Assembly (NCBI GenBank): GCA_035400625.1
Contig: DAOMZT010000001.1
Coordinates: 306,644-370,643 of the forward strand
From: an archaeon
GTDB taxonomy: Archaea > Iainarchaeota > Iainarchaeia > Iainarchaeales > CSSED10-239
Length of the DNA stretch: 64,000 bases
Direction of reading: 5' to 3'
The position numbers and the translations under genes are program-made. Below the pieces are notes generated by a model. That model saw nothing but the letters and a program-made list of their open reading frames with translations, was not told the DNA's origin and ran no database searches. Positions 1 to 8,632 of the stretch are shown here, in pieces (position 1 is the stretch's first letter; the number at the start of each line of letters is the position of its first letter).

Positions 1-293
1 GCTTTGATAAGCTGTATAATGACCTTTTGTCTGGAAAAAAGTTATCGCATATTGCCAACTACCACTTGGCTGTTTTTCTAGCAGGCGTTGGTTACAGTTA
101 TGATGATATTATAAATGTATATAAACATGCACCAAACTTTGATGAAAGGGTAGCAGGCTATCAAGTTAAAAAGATTATTGAAAAGAAATATTCTATAGGT
201 AATTGTGAAACATTAAAATCAAACGATTTATGTGTAAAAGACTGCAAAGTCAAGCACCCATTACAATTATTAAAAAAACAAAAAAATGATTAA
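1..293 (+). CDS. priL: DNA primase large subunit PriL, C-terminal (Fe-S domain) fragment; 5' end lies upstream of the window
   Basis: The frame is open from the window edge to TAA at 291-293. HLAVFLAGVGYSYDDII..FDERVAGYQVKKI..YSIGNCETLKSNDLCVKDCKVKHPL fits the conserved PriL C-terminal pattern with Cys ligands. priS lies at 9432. Confidence 0.7.
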   Translation, partial: FDKLYNDLLSGKKLSHIANYHLAVFLAGVGYSYDDIINVYKHAPNFDERVAGYQVKKIIEKKYSIGNCETLKSNDLCVKDCKVKHPLQLLKKQKND

Positions 294-295
294 TT

Positions 296-1837
296 ATGTT
301 TATATTTAAAAAAAGGAAAACTAATAACAACAAACTATTATTGATAATTTTAGATGGTGTTGGCATCAACAAGCCATATCCTGGCAATGCAGTAACATTA
401 GCAAATATGCCAACCTTTAATTCTTTAAGAAAAGACTACCCAAACATGTTACTTGGTGCAAGCGAAGAATATGTTGGGCTTCCAAAAAAGCAAATGGGTT
501 CATCTGAAGTTGGTCATTTTACTCTTGGTGCTGGAAGAATTGTTGATTCTGAAATTGTAAGAATTGATAAAGCAATTAAAAATGGCGACTTCTATAAAAA
601 TGATGTTCTTAACACAGAGCTACAAAACATAAAAGGCTATCAGGCACTTCATGTAGTTGGCCTATTAAGTGATGGTGGTGTTCATTCTTCTATCAATCAT
701 CTTTTTGCTTTGCTTGAAGTTATTGGTAGGCACAATAATCTTTCTCAAGTATATCTGCACCTTTTTACAGATGGCAGAGATGTTGATCCTAAATCATCAA
801 AATATTTTGTTTCTGAACTTTTGAAAAGAATATCTGGAAATAAAAAAATACAGATTGCAAGCATTTGTGGTAGATATTATGGAATGGATAGAGACAATCG
901 CTGGGATAGACAAAAGAAACTATACAATCTGATAGTTTATGGTATTGGCGAAAGATCTTATGATCCATTAAATTTTATTGAAAATTGCCATTCAAATGAG
1001 ATTACTGACGAGTTTTTACCACCTGTTTTATTTAATGAAAATGGTTTGATTAAGAACAATGATACGATTGTTTTTTTTAATTTCAGGAGTGACAGGGCTA
1101 GAGAGTTTACAAACATGCTGATGGACAAGTCTTTTGATAAGTTTGAGACAAAGAAGATGTCTTTAAATTTTATAAGCTTTACAGAATATGATTCAAAATT
1201 TAAAAATGTAAAAGTGCTGTTTCCTCCAGAAACACAGGCACCAGGTCTTGGCGAAATTATTTCTAAACTTGGCTATAAACAATTGAGAATTGCAGAAACA
1301 GAAAAATATGCTCATGTTACTTATTTTTTCAATCTAGGAAAGGAACACCCGCTTAAGAAAGAAGACAGGATACTTGTGCCTTCTCCAAGTGTTGCAACAT
1401 ATGATTTAAAGCCAGAGATGTCTGCAAAGATTATTACTCAAAAGCTTATAGATAAACTAAACTCCAATTATAAATTAACTGTTGTTAATTTTGCAAATGG
1501 CGACATGGTTGGCCATTCAGGAGATATTCCTGCAACTGTAAAAGGCCTAGAGGTTGTTGATCGTTGCCTTGAGCAGATATTAAAGCGTGTTAATCTAGAA
1601 GATACCACAGTAATAGTAACTGCTGACCATGGAAACTGTGATGAGATGTTAGTAAATGATCAAAAGGTAACAAGCCATAGCCTTAATAAAGTTCCATTCA
1701 TATTAATATCTAATAAAGAGCACAAATTAAGAACAGACAATCACGAGGCATCAATTGCTAATGTTGCCCCAACCATTTTAAAATTACTAGGAGAAAAAGT
1801 TCCAAAATATATGTCAGAAGATTTATTGGATTATTAA
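296..1837 (+). CDS. gpmI: 2,3-bisphosphoglycerate-independent phosphoglycerate mutase (bacterial GpmI type)
   Basis: LLIILDGVG, QMGSSEVGHFTLGAGRIV, NFANGDMVGHSG and TADHGN motifs are typical of cofactor-independent PGM. Length is 513 aa. Confidence 0.9.
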   Translation: MFIFKKRKTNNNKLLLIILDGVGINKPYPGNAVTLANMPTFNSLRKDYPNMLLGASEEYVGLPKKQMGSSEVGHFTLGAGRIVDSEIVRIDKAIKNGDFYKNDVLNTELQNIKGYQALHVVGLLSDGGVHSSINHLFALLEVIGRHNNLSQVYLHLFTDGRDVDPKSSKYFVSELLKRISGNKKIQIASICGRYYGMDRDNRWDRQKKLYNLIVYGIGERSYDPLNFIENCHSNEITDEFLPPVLFNENGLIKNNDTIVFFNFRSDRAREFTNMLMDKSFDKFETKKMSLNFISFTEYDSKFKNVKVLFPPETQAPGLGEIISKLGYKQLRIAETEKYAHVTYFFNLGKEHPLKKEDRILVPSPSVATYDLKPEMSAKIITQKLIDKLNSNYKLTVVNFANGDMVGHSGDIPATVKGLEVVDRCLEQILKRVNLEDTTVIVTADHGNCDEMLVNDQKVTSHSLNKVPFILISNKEHKLRTDNHEASIANVAPTILKLLGEKVPKYMSEDLLDY

Positions 1838-1845
1838 ATTGGTGA

Positions 1846-2376
1846 ATGGTTATGAAAATTGTGCGCAGATTATTTAAACCTAAAAAACTAAAACCTGTGG
1901 AATCTAAAGCATCAACATCTGCAAAACTAAAACAACAAAAACCAGAAAAAATTATTAAAAAATCTATAAAACAATTAAAAAAGCAAAAACCAAACTTTGG
2001 TAATTATAACAAGTTAGGAGGAGATTGGATATCTCAAGTAAATGGCAATTATCGTATAACTTACAGACAAAAAGGCAAAACTATTCGTTTATTTGATTTA
2101 AGATTATCTGAAAAAGGAACAATTAACCCAAAAGAATACAGAACCTTGCTTGAGAAAACCATTAAAAATTCAAGAGAATTAGGCTGTGAGATGGTGGTCA
2201 TAAAATCATGGGTTTTTGCAATGTATCCTGAATTAAAAAAATTTGGCTTTGTAGAAATAAAACCAGGTTCTGAAGCTAAATTTTCTGAGTTTGTTTCTAA
2301 AAGAAAAATTACTGAAGAAAAATTATTGAATAATCCACAAAGTAGTAGGTATCCAACCTATTATCTTAAAATTTAA
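1846..2376 (+). CDS. hypothetical protein with a K/P-rich N-terminal tail; C-terminal part is faintly GNAT-like
   Basis: 176-aa ORF with GGTGA upstream. The tail is RRLFKPKKLKPVESK..KQQKPEKIIKK. The C-terminal ELGCEMVVIKSWVFAMYPELKKFGFVEI resembles GNAT motif B, which is weak evidence. Confidence 0.5.
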   Translation: MVMKIVRRLFKPKKLKPVESKASTSAKLKQQKPEKIIKKSIKQLKKQKPNFGNYNKLGGDWISQVNGNYRITYRQKGKTIRLFDLRLSEKGTINPKEYRTLLEKTIKNSRELGCEMVVIKSWVFAMYPELKKFGFVEIKPGSEAKFSEFVSKRKITEEKLLNNPQSSRYPTYYLKI

Positions 2377-2385
2377 TGAACAATT

Positions 2386-3420
2386 ATGAATATTCTTTCT
2401 TTACAAAAGGATGGGAAACTTGTTTTTATTCCTCAGACTCTTGAGGATCTCTGGGTCATTAAATCAATTACTGATGTTGGAGATGTTATCTCTGGTTCTT
2501 CCTATAGAAGGATAAGAGGTAACGAGGCAGATAACGACTCAACAAGAAAGCCAGTCTTTGTTTCAATATCTATTGAGAAGTTTGATTTTTCTAAAGAACT
2601 TAATTCTTTAAGATTTACAGGAAAGATTGTTGAGAGCAAGCCTGAAGATCTAGCGCCTCTTGGTGAATACCACACTCTTGAAATCTCTCTTTCTAAATCT
2701 TATACTTTAAAAAAACCACAGTTCTTTTCTCATCAATTGGATTTGCTTCAAAACAACAATTCTGCAATTTCTTGTTCAATTCTTTTGATTGCTCTTGATG
2801 ATGAGAGAGCAAATCTTTTTGAGCTTACAAATATTGGAATAAAAGAGCTTGCAGTAATTGATTCAGGAAAGCCAGGCAAAAGATATTCTTCTGATTTTGA
2901 TTTTTCAAATTTCTTTTCTGAAATCTTTTCAATAGTTTCAAGGTATGATTGCCAGATTATTATTGCAGGCCCTGGTGCTACAAAATCTAAGCTTTCTGAA
3001 TTCATTAAACAAAAAAAAAGTTCTTTTAAGATCCTAGAGCTAGCAATTCAAAATACTAACAAGTCATCAATAAATGAGTTATTCTCTAAAAAAGAAGTTG
3101 CTAGATTTTTTAAAAACTCAATAATCTATAAAGAACAAAAGATTCTAGACGCCTTTCTTGAAAATTTAGGCAAGAACAATAACAAGGTAGCCTATGGCTT
3201 ACAAGAGGTGTCTATTGCCCTTGACCTAGGTGCTTGTGAAAACATAATGATTTCTGAAAGGCTTTGGAAGAGAGAGCTTGATAAAGTCCAAGAGCTTATT
3301 AAAAAAGCAGATATTGTTAAGACAAAAGTGCATATTGTTGATGAAGAACACGATGTTTCTAAAGCTTTAAAATCTTTTGGTGGAATAATCTCCACTTTAA
3401 GATATCCTTTGACTTTTTAA
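2386..3420 (+). CDS. pelA: Pelota (mRNA surveillance / ribosome rescue factor)
   Basis: The N-terminus LEDLWVIKSITDVGDVISGSSYRRI matches Pelota. An eRF1-like central and C-terminal architecture follows. Length is 344 aa. Confidence 0.9.
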   Translation: MNILSLQKDGKLVFIPQTLEDLWVIKSITDVGDVISGSSYRRIRGNEADNDSTRKPVFVSISIEKFDFSKELNSLRFTGKIVESKPEDLAPLGEYHTLEISLSKSYTLKKPQFFSHQLDLLQNNNSAISCSILLIALDDERANLFELTNIGIKELAVIDSGKPGKRYSSDFDFSNFFSEIFSIVSRYDCQIIIAGPGATKSKLSEFIKQKKSSFKILELAIQNTNKSSINELFSKKEVARFFKNSIIYKEQKILDAFLENLGKNNNKVAYGLQEVSIALDLGACENIMISERLWKRELDKVQELIKKADIVKTKVHIVDEEHDVSKALKSFGGIISTLRYPLTF

Positions 3421-3447
3421 GAAAATAAGAAAAAGACAATAACACAA

Positions 3448-3717
3448 TTAATGTGTTATGTTTTTGTTAACTGGTTTTTTTGTAGGGATAGCATTAGGAT
3501 CTACTTTAATCTTTAATGCTTCTTGTTCCTTCTTTTCTTTCTTTACTGTTCTAGTGATATAAGCAGACATTAAGTTTATTGTTAATTTAGACAATGGAAG
3601 GTTCATACTTTTTATAAATTCTTTATTTGCTTTAAAATCAACACCAAAGTCTTCTTTAAATTCGTTATATATTATCTTTGCTTTTGCTTTTATCTTATTT
3701 GACATCGCTTTACCCAT
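3448..3717 (-). CDS. rps17e: 30S ribosomal protein S17e
   Basis: MGK..KIKAKAKIIYNEF.EDFGVDFKANKEFI..PLSKLTINLMSAYITR follows the S17e consensus (MG..R.., DF..NK.., N.IAGYITR). Confidence 0.8.
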   Translation of the reverse strand: MGKAMSNKIKAKAKIIYNEFKEDFGVDFKANKEFIKSMNLPLSKLTINLMSAYITRTVKKEKKEQEALKIKVDPNAIPTKKPVNKNITH

Positions 3718-3730
3718 GATTGATTTCTCC

Positions 3731-3937
3731 TTAATTTACTGTGATTACAACCTTACTATTGTTTATGTTTCTAATAACTGCAAGTGGCATAGTCTTAGTA
3801 TCAAATTCCTCTTTTGCTATAGAATAAGCAGTACTGTCTTTTTTTACCTTTACTAAAGCAGGTGCTCCACAGGAAATTTGCTGTGCTCTAGCAGATATTA
3901 GTCTAGTTATTTCATATTTTGTAAGTTTTGAAACCAT
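3731..3937 (-). CDS. rpoK: DNA-directed RNA polymerase subunit K (Rpo6)
   Basis: LTKYEITRLISARAQQISCGAPALV...IAKEEF..KTMPLAVIR matches the RpoK/Rpb6 core. Confidence 0.85.
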   Translation of the reverse strand: MVSKLTKYEITRLISARAQQISCGAPALVKVKKDSTAYSIAKEEFDTKTMPLAVIRNINNSKVVITVN

Positions 3938-4116
3938 ATTAATCTTTTATTTAATTATTATAGAACTAAAATAAGGTCATTTTGTCTATATAATATATAG
4001 TAGAGATAAGGTTTAAATATTATTCTTTTTAGATAGCAACACTGCTACTAATTAAGAAAATCACAAATCTCATGAATTTGGCAATTACAATCTCTCTTTG
4101 TGGTTGCAATTCTGAA

Positions 4117-5058
4117 TTATTTAAGTATGCGAGATATTTCTTTGAGAATCAATTTTTTATCTTGCTGAAAAAATTGCACTTTTTCTTTATGATTCATGTC
4201 AGCAAACATTTTAGTAACCTTCTGCATATTTTTAAGATTTTGCATAGGTTTAATAGATTCAAATATTATTGGAAAAAAGCGGCCCAAGTAATCATAGACA
4301 CTACGATAAACCCTTAATTCTTGGTTAAGACATTCTTCAAATATTTCTTGGGATAAATTAAGTCTTTTTTTCATTTGTACTGGTTTTGAACTAAACTCGT
4401 AAAGTGCATTTAACAAAAAATGATCTCCGCATTTAAACGGATTATCACTACCAAGGGACATGTAGTATCTATCATATAATTTCTGTACAAAATTAGTAAT
4501 TGTCCGCAAATCTTCAGGGGTTGGGTTTGCATTAATTATTTTAGGAATGACTTTCTTAAAATAATCACTTCTATAAGCAACATTAGGAAATCTACCCCAA
4601 TTGTCCTCTAGTTGTGATGCTTGCCTTGTAATTTCCGTCAAATATTTAATAAACAAGTTAGGATCGGCGCTGGTTTGTGCAGTTAGTTTGATTGCTGCAT
4701 CTGTGGCGATACCAAAGTTAATATTATCGCCTTTTAATAGTTTATCTCTTATTGACCTTTTTTTTGAAATAAGCTTAGCGCTATTAGTTATCCTTTTAAG
4801 TTCAGCTACTCTCTTTTCTATTTCTGCTTCTCTTATTACTTTATTAATTAATTTATTTTTCTCTGATGATATTTTTTTAATTTTTGATAAAGTCTTAGGG
4901 TCAATAGATTTATTTTTAATTTCTGCTTTTTTAGTTGATTCCTTCTTTACTTTTGATTTCTTTTCAGCAACAAATTTACGCTTACCCATTGTTATTGATT
5001 TTACTTTTTCTGCATTAGGAAAACTGCCTCTTCTTAAATTTCTTGTTGGCTTTAACAT
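4117..5058 (-). CDS. hypothetical protein, basic N-terminal tail (MLKPTRNLRR), Lys-rich linker, helical C-terminal domain; paralog of 40255..41190
   Basis: 313 aa. It shares KP.RNL at the N-terminus and FIK[YF]LTE at about residue 130 with the 311-aa ORF at 40255. Confidence 0.6.
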   Translation of the reverse strand: MLKPTRNLRRGSFPNAEKVKSITMGKRKFVAEKKSKVKKESTKKAEIKNKSIDPKTLSKIKKISSEKNKLINKVIREAEIEKRVAELKRITNSAKLISKKRSIRDKLLKGDNINFGIATDAAIKLTAQTSADPNLFIKYLTEITRQASQLEDNWGRFPNVAYRSDYFKKVIPKIINANPTPEDLRTITNFVQKLYDRYYMSLGSDNPFKCGDHFLLNALYEFSSKPVQMKKRLNLSQEIFEECLNQELRVYRSVYDYLGRFFPIIFESIKPMQNLKNMQKVTKMFADMNHKEKVQFFQQDKKLILKEISRILK

Positions 5059-5209
5059 TTAACATCATCCTCCTTATTTAATTAAATATATATCTAGATA
5101 CAATAGAAACAAATCTTTAAAAAACCACTGTTAGATAGATTTGCCTAGTAGAATTAATGAAAATTTCAATTTCATTTTTGTTGTTTTTAAAAAGGATTTC
5201 TCTAGTGCC

Positions 5210-5725
5210 TTAGATAACCAAAAGATATATCCAAAATCCTATTAATAATAGCCTTACAGCTATGACTTTATCAAATATCTTAAATAATGCCAAAATTATT
5301 GTAAGCAAAAGAAAGAACGGCAAAAATAGCACTTTTAATAGCAATAACCAGAAACTCTGTTTCTTATAATAGGTTCTTTTGATTGCCTCAAAAGAGTTGT
5401 TTGTGTCCTGGTCGCTTGGCACACAAAAGAACAATGCACTAATTCCTATCCAGACAAGCAAAAATATATAGAACGGCTCTTTTGTAAATTCTATGATGCT
5501 TGCACAAATAATTGCAATAAAGATATTAAACAAAAATGGAAATAATGAGATTATAATTATCTTATAGTCTTTTGAATCCTCATGCACAACATAGCCACCT
5601 GACTTATCAATAAACTTTATTTTTTTTATTTTTACTCCAAAGATCAAGCAAGCCAAAGCATGTGCTGTTTCGTGCAGAATAATTCCTGGAAAGAAAAGAA
5701 TATGCATTATTTCATTAAGTTCCAT
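5210..5725 (-). CDS. polytopic membrane protein with an HExxH (HETAH) motif, putative zincin-like membrane peptidase
   Basis: GIILHETAHALACLIFG lies in the first hydrophobic segment and is followed by several TM segments. The gene is last in a three-gene pilin cluster. Confidence 0.55.
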   Translation of the reverse strand: MELNEIMHILFFPGIILHETAHALACLIFGVKIKKIKFIDKSGGYVVHEDSKDYKIIIISLFPFLFNIFIAIICASIIEFTKEPFYIFLLVWIGISALFFCVPSDQDTNNSFEAIKRTYYKKQSFWLLLLKVLFLPFFLLLTIILALFKIFDKVIAVRLLLIGFWIYLLVI

Positions 5726-5739
5726 AAATAATAATTATT

Positions 5740-6120
5740 TCAATCTATATTTAAAATATTATTATGTCTTGTTAGGGTTATTTTTTGCTTTTCTGTGATT
5801 TCTGAAAAACCAATTTTAATAGAAAGAAAAGTTTTAATTTTACAAGTCTTTTGTTTGTTCTTAATTATTATCTTGTTATTGCTTTTTTCTATTTGCCAAG
5901 TGCTAAGCGCTCCTGGCTCAATCTCGCTCTTTCCTTCAGGCATAATCTCAAATAACTCAACCTCTGCCCTTAGCTCTTTACAAAAGCCTGTTAATCTGTA
6001 ATTGTCATTAACAATAATATTCTTGTTATAGAGGCTAATAACTCCAATAATGCTTGCACCAAGCACAGAGATAATCCCTGCAATCAACAAAATATACTCT
6101 AAAGTTACAAATCCTTTCAT
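5740..6120 (-). CDS. type IV pilin-like protein (class III signal peptide)
   Basis: N-terminus MKG|FVTLEYILLIAGIISVLG has G at -1, Glu at +5 and a hydrophobic helix. Confidence 0.65.
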   Translation of the reverse strand: MKGFVTLEYILLIAGIISVLGASIIGVISLYNKNIIVNDNYRLTGFCKELRAEVELFEIMPEGKSEIEPGALSTWQIEKSNNKIIIKNKQKTCKIKTFLSIKIGFSEITEKQKITLTRHNNILNID

Positions 6121-6122
6121 TC

Positions 6123-6302
6123 CTACTCAATATCTGAAATCTTATCAAATATCTTGTTTGAGGTTTTTTCAACAGTATGATTTGCTTTTGTAGTGGTCTT
6201 TTGCAATTGAGTGATAATCACAAGAACAATAGCAACAATAGCTGCTAAAAGTATTATCATCTCTGCAGAGATTTGTGCCTTTTGGTCTTTTAGTAGTTTC
6301 AT
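6123..6302 (-). CDS. small type IV pilin-like protein (59 aa), not in the supplied ORF track
   Basis: Hand translation gives MKLLKDQKA|QISAEMIILLAAIVAIVLVIITQLQKTTTKANHTVEKTSNKIFDKISDIE*. It has a class III signal with Glu at +5. Its stop lies 2 nt before the ATG of the next pilin gene. Confidence 0.55.
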   Translation of the reverse strand: MKLLKDQKAQISAEMIILLAAIVAIVLVIITQLQKTTTKANHTVEKTSNKIFDKISDIE

Positions 6303-6324
6303 AGATATTTTTGTGTTTTTCTTG

Positions 6325-6333
6325 TTTATAAAA
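6325..6333 (-). promoter_or_regulatory. candidate TATA box for the pilin cluster (leaderless start)
   Basis: ttttataaa on the minus strand is centred about 27 nt upstream of the ATG at 6302. Confidence 0.35.
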
Positions 6334-6408
6334 CCAGTCCTTCATATTTTTTGTGAATTTGAAAAAATAGTTATTTAAAACAGAATATACACAAATATAT
6401 TGGAACAT

Positions 6409-8631
6409 ATGTTAAAATCAATAATTTTAGAAAACTGGAAGACACACCAGAACACAAAAGTTTCTTTTGAGAAAGGCACAAACATAATTGTTGGAAAGAT
6501 TGGTGCTGGTAAGTCCAGTATTGTTGATGCTATATGTTATTCTCTTTTTGGCACATTTCCAAGCCTGCAAAACAGAAAGATAACTTTGGCTGAAACAATA
6601 ATGTTTAAGCCAGTAAAAAGAAAAGAAGCAAAGCTAAAGCTTGAGTTTGAGCATGATTCTAAAAACTACAGGGTTGAAAGAGAAATTTTTATTGGAAAAG
6701 TTAATACTGCTAAGCTTTTTTGCGAAGACAAGTTGCTTGTTGGCCCAAAGCAAACAGATGTTAATGAGAGGGTTTCAAACATTCTTGGAATTGACTATGA
6801 TCTTTTTGTAAAAATAGTATATAGCGAACAAAACGAAATTGATTATTTTCTAAAGATACCTCCAAGCAAAAGAAAAGAACAGTTTGATGCTCTTTTTGGT
6901 ATTAACAATTTAGAAAAGATAAAAATAAATTCTCGTTCTCTAAAGGCATATCTTGATGCAGAGTATGGTGCAATTCAAAAATTGATTGCTCAGCTAGAAA
7001 ACCAGCTTTTGTCTTTTAATATTTCTGATACAGAAAAGAATATTCAAGAAAACCAAGAAAAAATAAAGCACTTATTAGAATCTACAAACAATCTCAAGTC
7101 CAGAGAACAAGACCTGAAATCCAAAGTTGAAATTTTAAAAAAGCAAAAAACAGAATTTGATACTCTTAATCAAGAGATAAGAGCAATAGATTATAGAAAA
7201 CAAGAGCTCTCAAAAGAGCTTAGTGTTTTAGAAACACAAAAAACCAATTTCTTTTCGCTTACAAGAGATGTGCTTTTAGAGAAAAAGCAAGATTTACAAA
7301 AGCAGTTAAAAGAAAGCCAAGAGCTAGAAACAAAACTTAAATCAATTGCTTCCCAGAATTTTATCTTGACTAACCAGCTTGAGCAGATCAATAGTTCTCT
7401 TGATGTTTCTTTAGATTTATCCAAAATAAATCTAGAAAAAGAAAAGATTTCGCAAGAAATCAATAGTGCTATCCAAAAACAAGCAATTCTTAATTCCCAA
7501 AAACAAGAGAATCTAAAAGCAGTAGCTGAGCTTGAAAAGGGCTTTTCTAAATGTCCTGTATGTGATTCGCAATTGTCAGAAATTCAGATTTTTGAAAAAC
7601 TAAAATCAAAAAAAGAAACAAATGCAAAAATAACAAATGATATTTTGGCTCTTGATAAATCTTTGTTATCATTAAGAGAAGAATTTAGTTTGCTACAGAA
7701 AAAAGAAAGAAAAGCAAGTGAGCAACATTTGTTAGTTGATAGAAAGCAAAGAATAATTGAAGAAAAGAAAAAGCTTGATGAGCAAGAAAAGGCTCTTGGC
7801 AAGCCAAAAGACATTTCTGCTCTTGAAAAAGAGATAGATGCTATAATTCAAGCAATAGACTACCAAACTAAAAAAGAACAATTGTCTGAAATTATAAAAA
7901 AACAAGAATTTTTCTCTAAGAAGCTTTTAAGCATGAATTATGATGATAATAATTATCTCTCGTTATTAGCAGATCTGAGAAACCAAGAAGAGAAACTAAA
8001 TAACAATAATGTTCAAATATCTTTGATACAAGGAATAATAAAAAATCTAGAAAACACAAAAGCACAATATGAAAAATTATCTTTGAATCTTAAAGAAAAT
8101 CAAAACACAATAACAAAACTAGAAACAAAACAAAAAGATATGGTTTTCTTTTCTCAGGCTCTTGAAAATAGCCAAGAACATCTTCGTAAAGTGCTTGTTG
8201 ATAATATTAACAAGACATTAGAAGTGATTTGGCCAAAGGTCTATCCTTATGGCGATTATCTTTCAGCAAGGCTAAAAGCAGAAAATGATTATGTCTTGGA
8301 AGTTTTGACCTTAGGAAAAGAATGGATAAGAGTTGAAGGGCTTTTATCAGGTGGTGAAAGAACCTGTGCAGCACTAAGCATCAGGGTTGCTATTGCTTTG
8401 TCTTTGACAAAAAATCTTGGCTTGTTAATACTTGATGAGCCAACCCACAATATGGATTCAAAAACCATTTCTATGTTATCCTCAATTCTTGATAAAGAGC
8501 TTCCTGAGCTAGTAGAACAAATATTTATAATAACTCATGACCAAAAGTTATTAGAAACTACAAACTCAAGCAAGTACATAATTGAAAGAGATAAAGAAAA
8601 CGACGGAGTTTCATTTATAAAAGAGGAGTGA
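6409..8631 (+). CDS. rad50: DNA double-strand break repair ATPase Rad50
   Basis: Walker A GKIGAGKSS, a long coiled coil with a CPVC zinc hook, the signature LSGGERTCAALSIRVA, and Walker B LLILDEPTHNMD. ATG at 6409 is preferred over TTG at 6400. Confidence 0.9.
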   Translation: MLKSIILENWKTHQNTKVSFEKGTNIIVGKIGAGKSSIVDAICYSLFGTFPSLQNRKITLAETIMFKPVKRKEAKLKLEFEHDSKNYRVEREIFIGKVNTAKLFCEDKLLVGPKQTDVNERVSNILGIDYDLFVKIVYSEQNEIDYFLKIPPSKRKEQFDALFGINNLEKIKINSRSLKAYLDAEYGAIQKLIAQLENQLLSFNISDTEKNIQENQEKIKHLLESTNNLKSREQDLKSKVEILKKQKTEFDTLNQEIRAIDYRKQELSKELSVLETQKTNFFSLTRDVLLEKKQDLQKQLKESQELETKLKSIASQNFILTNQLEQINSSLDVSLDLSKINLEKEKISQEINSAIQKQAILNSQKQENLKAVAELEKGFSKCPVCDSQLSEIQIFEKLKSKKETNAKITNDILALDKSLLSLREEFSLLQKKERKASEQHLLVDRKQRIIEEKKKLDEQEKALGKPKDISALEKEIDAIIQAIDYQTKKEQLSEIIKKQEFFSKKLLSMNYDDNNYLSLLADLRNQEEKLNNNNVQISLIQGIIKNLENTKAQYEKLSLNLKENQNTITKLETKQKDMVFFSQALENSQEHLRKVLVDNINKTLEVIWPKVYPYGDYLSARLKAENDYVLEVLTLGKEWIRVEGLLSGGERTCAALSIRVAIALSLTKNLGLLILDEPTHNMDSKTISMLSSILDKELPELVEQIFIITHDQKLLETTNSSKYIIERDKENDGVSFIKEE
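8616..8627. repeat. 12-bp direct repeat copy 1 (tataaaagagga) inside the rad50 3' end
   Basis: An exact copy recurs at 9362-9373, inside the 3' end of the next ORF. Confidence 0.5.
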
Positions 8632-8632
8632 T

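Noticed and set aside
1831-2398. Similarity between the gpmI/1846 junction (ttaaattggtgaatggttatgaaaatt) and the 1846/pelota junction (aaaatttaatgaacaattatgaatatt), 18/27 positions.
   Set aside because: It could be an old junction duplication like the stronger cases. However, it mostly consists of generic SD-spacer-ATGAA context, so it is not distinguishable from chance by eye.
4601-5062. 153-aa plus-strand ORF, and many similar ones. Examples are 2748..3005, 3192..3395, 7191..7463, 7584..7814, 10774..11115, 18052..19314, 21518..21919, 29945..30334, 37624..38850, 44731..45051, 48679..48912, 49186..49584, 51889..52278, 55000..55351, 55631..55855, 60564..60863, 62037..62384 and 63063..63257.
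   Set aside because: Each is fully nested antisense to, or out of frame with, a gene that has strong family motifs. Their translations are S/L/F/I-rich low complexity, as expected from the reverse complement of K/E/N-rich AT-rich coding sequence.
6169-6408. 79-aa minus-strand track ORF (MFQYICVYSVLNNYFF...).
   Set aside because: Its Cys/Tyr-rich sequence is implausible. A different frame on the same strand gives a textbook class III signal pilin (6123..6302) that is translationally adjacent to the next pilin gene.
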